A stretch of 64,000 nucleotides of DNA from Octopus sinensis. Its lineage: Eukaryota. The first letter of the stretch is position 1. Each line of letters opens with the position of its first letter. The stretch spans positions 28,334,001-28,398,000 of the forward strand of contig NC_043008.1 in the NCBI RefSeq assembly GCF_006345805.1, written 5' to 3'. Both the position numbers and the translations under genes were made by a program. Below the pieces are notes generated by a model. The model worked only from the letters and a program-made list of their open reading frames with translations. It ran no database searches and was not told where the DNA came from. Below are positions 55,921 through 64,000 of the stretch, piece after piece.

Positions 55921-58900
55921 GTTTGGTCACATTCGATGAGAATATCTCTGACGGTCATTAAAGTATTCAGCTGACCCCTGTATACATCTATAATGCAATA
56001 TCTGTAAGTCGTCTAATCTTTTATACCTGCACATACGGAATTTCGATAAACGTAAATAAACATAAAGGCTATTTGTCACACTCCAACGTAACAAAGAACT
56101 GCTTTTTAATTTTAGATTCTATGATGCAGAAATACCGACGATGTTACCCACACTTTCTAATAAAATATGAATTAAATTCTCTTGATGATTCAGAAATTTG
56201 ATTAAGCGATATAATTTCCAAAATTGTCAAATATTTAAAGTATGTTCGTACTTAAGCTAGTTTTAAATACAATTGGAGAGTGGTCAGGTATAATACATTA
56301 TATTGTTGTTGATGAGAATATACTAACATCGAGAAGCAGTAAAAATACTGCGACTCATATTATCTGGTGTGTATCTGTTCAAACCAATTTACCTATCTTC
56401 TAATTTACACACGAGCACATGTGCAATAGGTGCATATGCTTACGTATTTATCTAATTATCCTTTTATCTACACATGCACAGACACACTAAACCAAACACA
56501 CATACACATGCACAGACACACTTAACCAAACACACATACACATGCACATAGAGACACACATATACACATACATACACACATGCACGCACAGACACACATA
56601 CACATACATACAAATGTCTGAGTTTTTGAAAATATTGTCTTTGTATTTATTATGCACGTATGTCTTTTCTTGATGCTTCGCTTCACCGTGGTTCTAACAA
56701 TATCAATAACAGTTCTGCACAGTTTAATAATCTTAAGAAGACACGAGAGAGCTAATTTAGAAATTTATTCCGCTTTACGCAGGAGTGATTACTCAAGATT
56801 AGATTCCTCACGTGACTCACCACGCGCGGAGAGATGTTCTTTATTTTTGGCTATTATGCCGTATTGAAATGTCAATTGGCTTTTTGTTTGTCACTTCAAA
56901 TAAACTTCAAAAAGTATGTAGTAATTCGACCTTTTGTAATGTTCTTTATTTCGTCCATCCCTTTCGGCAATGTGTACATTCTTGCGCATATAGAATTAAA
57001 ATAAGTAAGTGTTAGAAGAAATTAAGAAAATAACCCGTTTGAACGTTCATTGTATCGAACAGGAACCTAGAGAATGTATAACTAAAAGAGAAGTTTCCAT
57101 ACGGTTTTTGCTAGTATGCGAAACAGTAAATGAAAACCTTTTATGGGACAGGCATTTATAATCGACATTTTGTTGTTTTAATATATTTTGAATTGGGACA
57201 TTTATATTAAATATCTTGCACACTCCCGCGATCATTAACATTGTTAATATTAATTATCACCTTTGATTTTTACTTAGATTTATGTTCTCATGGCAATGTT
57301 TGCTTCACAAGTATTATGTTTTTTTCATTTTATTCTGTCACAATTTTCGTTGTTTTCTCTTCAATTATATATCCGCGTAAATCTACATACGCAAATGCTA
57401 TGTATTATTACTCTTGTTTTTGATTTGTCTATTTTCGTTTTCAACGGATGACAGATAAAACATACTTTACATTTATTCACTATTTGAAATATCCACATAT
57501 CTAGCATTTTTAGAATATTTTTATCTTTTGATTCCTTAAAAGCGTACACTTATGATTCCGTCATCCATATTTCATTATTTATAGAAGGATATCGCTTACA
57601 AAATGTTATGAGCCACTGCATTTAACCTTTGATAATAAACATTATTTCTATCAGCAATGATGAAAAACTACTGCTTAACAAGGTATCTTTGATTCGTACC
57701 TAAACGGATCAGCATTAATTTTATTTTCAATGCAGTATTACTGGCGTCCTTATTTATACGTAGAATGACGGTGCATATATTTACTGTCATTTTAAAATAC
57801 ATTATATATATCGTTCTAAAATATATTGCATAAGTTTATATACATAAATCTCGTTCAAACTGATATTATTCCTCTAAACATATTCGTGTTAAAGTATTCA
57901 AGAACGATAAATATTTCACAAAAATGAATATTCAATTGTTTATTATGTTGTGTCTGGGGAGAGTCATTTTCTTTTTGTGCCTTATAATGTAACACTCACC
58001 GGTAAAATTTCCACTTATTTCTTATTTTTATTTTCTTCAAATTTTCGTTGCGTCATGCAACTTTTTCAATAGTCTGTTATTTACACAGCGTTCGTGTTTG
58101 TTTGTTTGTGCCATTATGTGTGAGTCAGTGTGTGTGTGCCTATGCGTGCATGTATGTATGTATGTATGTATGTATGTATATATGTATGCATGTGTGTGTA
58201 TGTATATGTGTGTGTAGGCATATGTGTATATGTATGTATCTCTGTGCATATGTATTTATGTATTCTTCATATTCATGTGTTTGCATGTACATGTTTGTGT
58301 ACTTTTATGTATGTGTGTGAGCGTGTACTTGTATATGTATGCACCTCTGTCTCCTTGTGCGTGCATGTCTGTATGTGGGTGGGTGTGTGTTTGCAACTAT
58401 GAACCATGTCTGTTTGTATGGATGCGCATCTCTATATGTGTGGAGTAACGTGTGGGTGTATATATGGTCATGTGTATCAGTCAACATTTGCGTATCTGTG
58501 CTTGTCTGTTCATATAACCTATGTACTTATCCGTCTATATGTTGATCTGTTTATTTTCATATCTATATGATTACATACATGTGCACACACGCACATACCC
58601 ACGCACGGACACATACATACATCTATCTACATAACAGCCCACTTACTATTCTACTTTACCTGTGTAAACCGTGGGTTTGGAGATATGATATCTACTATGT
58701 ATATTTCCTATTTAGTACTATAAGGCACAAAAAGAAAATAACTCTTCCCAGACACAGCAGAATATGCTTCGACACACGAACTCACAAATAATCTTGCAAA
58801 CCAATTCCAAATATGAAATAATTACTTATTAGCTATTGTGAAATTATATATATATATATATATTTAAAAAAAGAAACAATTTGCCTACACGTTTCCATAT

Positions 58901-60556
58901 ATAGGTTGCTTGCTTTGCAGTAGGTACTCTGATAAATAAGAACATAAAAAAAATATTTTACACTTATTTGTTTTTATGTCTAAGCCAGAAACTAGAAATA
59001 TAATATAAATAAATTCATATAAACCCGCTCTTGGTTTCTAATTCCTCTACAAAAAGTAGAATGCAATTTAGTAATCAATCAAAAACAGTTATACTATTCA
59101 CACACATCCAAATACATATTCAACCCCCCATACTTAGAATGGCAATCTTCAGCAGCCCGAAACTCTTTCAAGTGCATTAACACGTAGTTAAAATACTGCA
59201 TCGTTTCAAATTCATTTTCCTTTAGCTACTTCTCTGATTTGTTGCATTCGTAATTCCGTAATACTAGATTAGCCCTCATCAAACATATCTATCATTGACG
59301 GATATGCAGCCACCTAATATAACCATTAACTTTGCAAACCAAAGCTTGTGTAGCTTGAGGAAAATTTGCTCCCAAATCCTGAAATTCAAGTGTTGATATA
59401 AGTGCATCTTCAAGAATATATGTTGAAAATGTATCTGTTATCCTGCCGGTGAAAATTGAAATCACCAATTCCAAGCATACCTCTCTAGTTTAACCACATT
59501 GCCTCAAAGATTTTGTAACTTTTCAAAGGCTATGCGGCTCAAAATAGTGTCTGCCCATTGTGCCTCCATCTTCTAAGTAAGCAAATCAGATTCTCAGTTT
59601 AATCTTATAATGAGTTATACTATTTATCGTCTCCGTCTACTACATTTTTGTTTTTCTTGTTATTTATAATATTATCATTGAGGTTGCTTTTTTGTATTTT
59701 TATCCGTAAAATATATTATCTCTTTGAATGTTAGATAAAGGATACAAAATAAGAATGAGAACGTTTTACACATTTATTTACGATGCTTTCCTATATAATT
59801 ATTTATAACTATGTCAACATTTATTTTATTTTGTCATTCGTAACCGTCAATAGTCTCTGCACTTTGATCGTAACTATTCTCAATATTGGACCTTCCACTA
59901 TAACCTTTTTATCGTGAAAGACTCAGCTAAATGGTAAATAATTACTTAGCATTAATCCAGGCATTCGTTTCCTACCGAAAGCTCTGAATTCTGAAAATAA
60001 ACACTGTGATGCCATTGATGTTTTAGTCTCAATGTTATGGAATCTATTGATTTCTGTGTTAGATCTGATTACAACAGACCACCATAATGTGAATATATGT
60101 ATTTTGCGTTTATGACAATATTTGTAAAATATTACATTTATTTATTAGCAAACATTTAGAATGAATTTATTATTATGTTTTCTTCTCTATTTGCCTAAAT
60201 CTGTTCTAAATGATACAAAATTCTGACGATTAATAATCCTCAATGTATTCCGTCGGAAACGTAGAACTGAAGTCGAGATTTTTCTTTTATTATAAATTTC
60301 TATTTGCTTTCGGATGACCACCAGATAGTGTAAACTTGAGGAACCTTTAAGAACATAGTTACGGAATCTATGGGTGGAATGGAAATGTATTTATAATATA
60401 TGCTGCTGATATGATTGCTTTCGTAGAATTATTGTTATATACACATTTCTAAATCTTCAAAACAGTTTTTCGATCCAGATATAATGCTAATGTGTAACTA
60501 CATATTCACTCATCTTGGAATGTTCATAAAATGATCTAGGAAAAATACGATTTCCG

Positions 60557-61420
60557 TACAAAATTACTTATAAAACCTATAAGGCTGACTATGGTGGAGA
60601 TATGATAGTGCTGTGAAATCTTTCATACATTATTGTCAACGCTTCTTACTAATAACTGCATTGTTTCACTCCGGTAACTGACATATGATTCCAGACAACA
60701 GACTTCACCAACAACAACTAGTAGCGATTTCTCTTAAAAGTGAACAGTATTTGTCACTGTGGTCTTATCAAATACCAGCAGAAAAAATGTTTAGCTTGTA
60801 AGACATTCATCCTGACATGGTTTCTACATCATGTGATACACACCAGCTTTATGAACAATTCAAATATGGGCAGTCTAATGTCAGAGAGATAGGGAGAGTC
60901 TTAAGGATGACGCAAGGTCTGGACATCCTTCAAATGGGCCACGCCATCGCCAGAGAGTACCATGCCAGCATGTGGATGCAATTACGAAAGGCTATCAAGA
61001 TAATAAGCCCCGGAGAACTGACGAAGGGGATCTTGCTTCATGATGACATTGCTTCATCATACAAATCCTTGGTGTCAATGGGCGCTTTGAGTAACTGTAT
61101 CTTTAATTCGGTTGATCACCGTCCATACTTTCCTTATTTCGCTCCATTTGACATAACATATGTTCCCGAGAATGACAAAGAAACACTTGCCTGGGAAGCA
61201 TATTGCAGTGATAATGAAGTTTTAAATGCAGCCGCTGACTTTTTGACCGACAGTATGAACGTTTCTTCCTCCTATCAGTCCAATGGTATCGGAGCAATGC
61301 AACATCGACGTAAAAAGTGCGTGGACCGAACGTTTGACTATGTTGAAAAATAAAACTCATTTGGTAACGTTTTATGGCAGTATCTTGGTCAACATATGAC
61401 CGTTTCAGTCAAAACACGTA
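60557..61420 (+). mobile_element. Internally deleted Hsmar2-like mariner
   Basis: ORF 60817-61353 (LRKAIK...LTKGILLHDD...HRPYFPYFAP...KCVDRTFDYVEK); diverged TIR-like ends at about 60557 and 61420. Confidence 0.8.
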
Positions 61421-63737
61421 AGTAATCGATTAAAATTAAAACGTTTGCTTACATTGTGTATATGTGTCAATTATACAATTAATCTCGGAAAAAGTCGATC
61501 AAACAAAATATTAATATGATATAGTTCACACATTCGATGCTCAGCATGCCATATACATAAGAGCAGTAGCAATTTGATGGAATGATAACAGAAATATGAA
61601 CGATGGTGTAGAATAAAAGTACTTTTGTGGAAGAATGTCTTCGGAATATCCGGTTCACGCAATGTACTGCATGATTTGTAAAGCTTAATAGTTGCAGAAG
61701 CTGCAGGTTCAAGCACAGTGGATTGTCAATCGTCGTTTGTAAATTTACGAAACCAAACATGATATCATAAAATACATGAAAATTGGCGTATTAAACGTAA
61801 ACATTTAGATCGGCAGTGAAAGTAGGAAATAGGCACTATAAGCATCCTTTTGTAATGTGGAAAACGTTACTGGAGATGAAATTTGACTACCAATTTAGTG
61901 GATTAGTTAATGACCCTTAAAAGCTCAGGTTGCATATAACAATATAGGGTTTTGTTTTGCAATCACTTTACTGAATTATAGTGAACAGACATAATCTCTT
62001 TTCAAGCACGACCAACAAAAACAATGCCGGACTAACTACTGTTACATGTTACATGCACTTGTCGCATCAGCATCGTATTTAGACAATATAAAAGAGAAAT
62101 CTTATTTCGAGATCTTATCATTACATACTTTGGCGTCCAATCAGAACAGTATAAATTCAAACTGAAAACTGTTATATATCTGGATTTTCAGCTTGAAGTC
62201 CTAATGTAAACATGCCAATTTAGCACAAGTTCTATGAGCATTATATGACACATACTTATGGAATTATGGGAAAAGTGAACTTCTGATTTGCACTATAGCA
62301 GCAATGAAATTTGAACGATTTGCTGATTGATGTAAAAGATTAAATAATAGGAATGGAAAGCAGTAAGCACAAAACTTTTTATTCTATGAAATTATGGGAA
62401 TGGAGGAAATGAATACCCTTCAGTTTTCACAAGTCAAAGCTGTACATTAAATCACATACGTATTTCGAGTTGTCAAACTTAGTCACATAAAGTTACAGAT
62501 ATTTTGTATATCGGAATTTCTTTGTAGAAAAATGAATATAAAGTTTCTGATTGCTAGCTGGGCAGTATTCCGCTGAAAATCTATAATTTTCGGCGTTTGT
62601 ATGATAAACCTCCAATACTTTACGCTATGATGATTATCGTTCTCAAATAAATGTTATACGGCTGCGTTTCTACATTCTGTGTCTACTGCTCAATAAAGCA
62701 CTGCCCCAAAAGTATATATATATGCATTATCTAAATTCGAGTCCTGAGAGTGAACTTACCTTAACCGCCGTTATCAATTTAGTTATATTATGTTTTGTTC
62801 TCTACTCTAAATATATTTCTTGTGGCATATTTTCAACTCATCAGAAGTTACACTCTTTCTGTTAACTGGGTCAATTTGTGTAGTAGATTCTCATTGACTG
62901 AACGTAACTTTACGCATATTATTATACATAAATGTCCGATAGTGTAATTTATAAGCTGGTTCTCATTGACATATAAACTATTCTTCTCATATATTTAGCT
63001 TGGTCTGCTTTAGAAACTTTAGACGTCGCTTTATGTATTTAATCATACCCAGAAAAATATCCTTCTTAATAGGAAAACTCAGCAACTTCGATGCGCACGA
63101 GCAGTGCTTCAACTTCTAATGAAGCTTTCAACATTTCCAGCTTATGACGCTGTAAATTAAACCCGAGTTTGTACAAGATATCGTTGGCAAATATAAATTT
63201 ATATGTTTTGATAGAAGAGTCCACGGAATAAACATTAACAAGCATTCTAAAATAGTATGGCCACAGTATATTTTAATTATTTAATATTATCTTTTCTTAT
63301 TATACCAAAACTCAGAGTAGACAGTGAAATATTGATAAAATAAAAATATCTAAGCGTTCTATGCAACGTATTAAATTCTGTGTAATATAATGTTTGCGCT
63401 ACAAAAGTTAATTGTTCAATATTTTACACAACATTTAGTACTATATATATGTAAATAAATTAGAAAGGTTAGTAGGTTTCACGCGACTAAATTTATTTGG
63501 GAATCAAATAGAAAATAAACAGAGAATGGCTTTAAGAATTTATAACGAGAACGTATTTAAATTTCTTTTCAAAATATACTAGTTTCAAGCAATTTTAGCA
63601 AGTTTTCTTCATATTGTTAGAGAAGGACATATGCAGTGAAATAAAATAAACTTCCAAGAAGTTCCGGAAGTTTACATGATTTGCTCCCAACATACGCATG
63701 GTGACAGTAGTTGGTTTCCTGCAGAATTCAGCTTGGG

Positions 63738-63738
<1 letters not shown>

Positions 63739-63791
<53 letters not shown>

Positions 63792-63830
63792 CAGCAGCAG
63801 TAGTATTAGCCGCAACAGCAGCAGCAACAT
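63739..63830. repeat. (AGT)n grading into (AGC)n
   Basis: Direct inspection. Confidence 0.9.
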
Positions 63831-63857
63831 TTCTTGCAGTTGTTCTTTACTGGTAAG

Positions 63858-63950
63858 GAAGGCGGCGAGTTGTCAGAGTCATTATCATGCTTAAAATATG
63901 CTAAGCGGCATTTCTTCTGTCTTCGCCTTATGATTTCAAATTCCGCCATT
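63858..63950 (+). mobile_element. Old SINE fragment; related fragments at about 19795-19900, 44350-44500, 49480-49670 and in both inverted arms
   Basis: ggcggcgagttgtcagagtcatt...atgctaagcggcattt...ttcaaattccgcc. Confidence 0.5.
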
Positions 63951-64000
63951 ACATAAAGATGCAAACAGGTTTTATGGTAGGTAAGTAAAAAGCGCTTAAA

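Noticed and set aside
59150-59600. Minus-strand GDFN motif suggesting a LINE endonuclease remnant
   Set aside because: Single short motif amid stops; not supportable

Overview
AT-rich eukaryotic, repeat-dominated DNA. The repeat content (dense (AT)n, (ATT)n and (GATA)n, tRNA-head SINEs, Penelope, Dong/R4, RTE, CR1, Hero, mariner) resembles an octopus/coleoid genome, which is an inference. I found no host protein-coding gene I can support; the long ORFs are transposon fragments or microsatellite artefacts. The main unexplained signal is a set of type I hammerhead-ribozyme (HHR) motifs that can be folded by eye. (1) A 361-bp tandem array at 7664-8560 carries one HHR in each complete unit, with a compensatory U3-A8 core; this is retrozyme-like and predicts a 361-nt monomer or circle (7964-8324). 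(2) A canonical-core HHR with a long stem II (23092-23178) sits at the 3' end of a Penelope element. (3) Three short-repeat families, one a tRNA-headed SINE, carry minimal variants with an extra A after the core box and a loop-less palindromic stem III. Other notable structures are an 8.4-kb nest of same-orientation Dong/R4-like elements in (ATT)n tracts, a near-perfect 0.8-kb inverted duplication (42107-44309), a pre-miRNA-like hairpin (18529-18607), and an array of ~65-bp units separated by (AT)n. All folds, translations and identity estimates were made by eye; ends of decayed elements are approximate.
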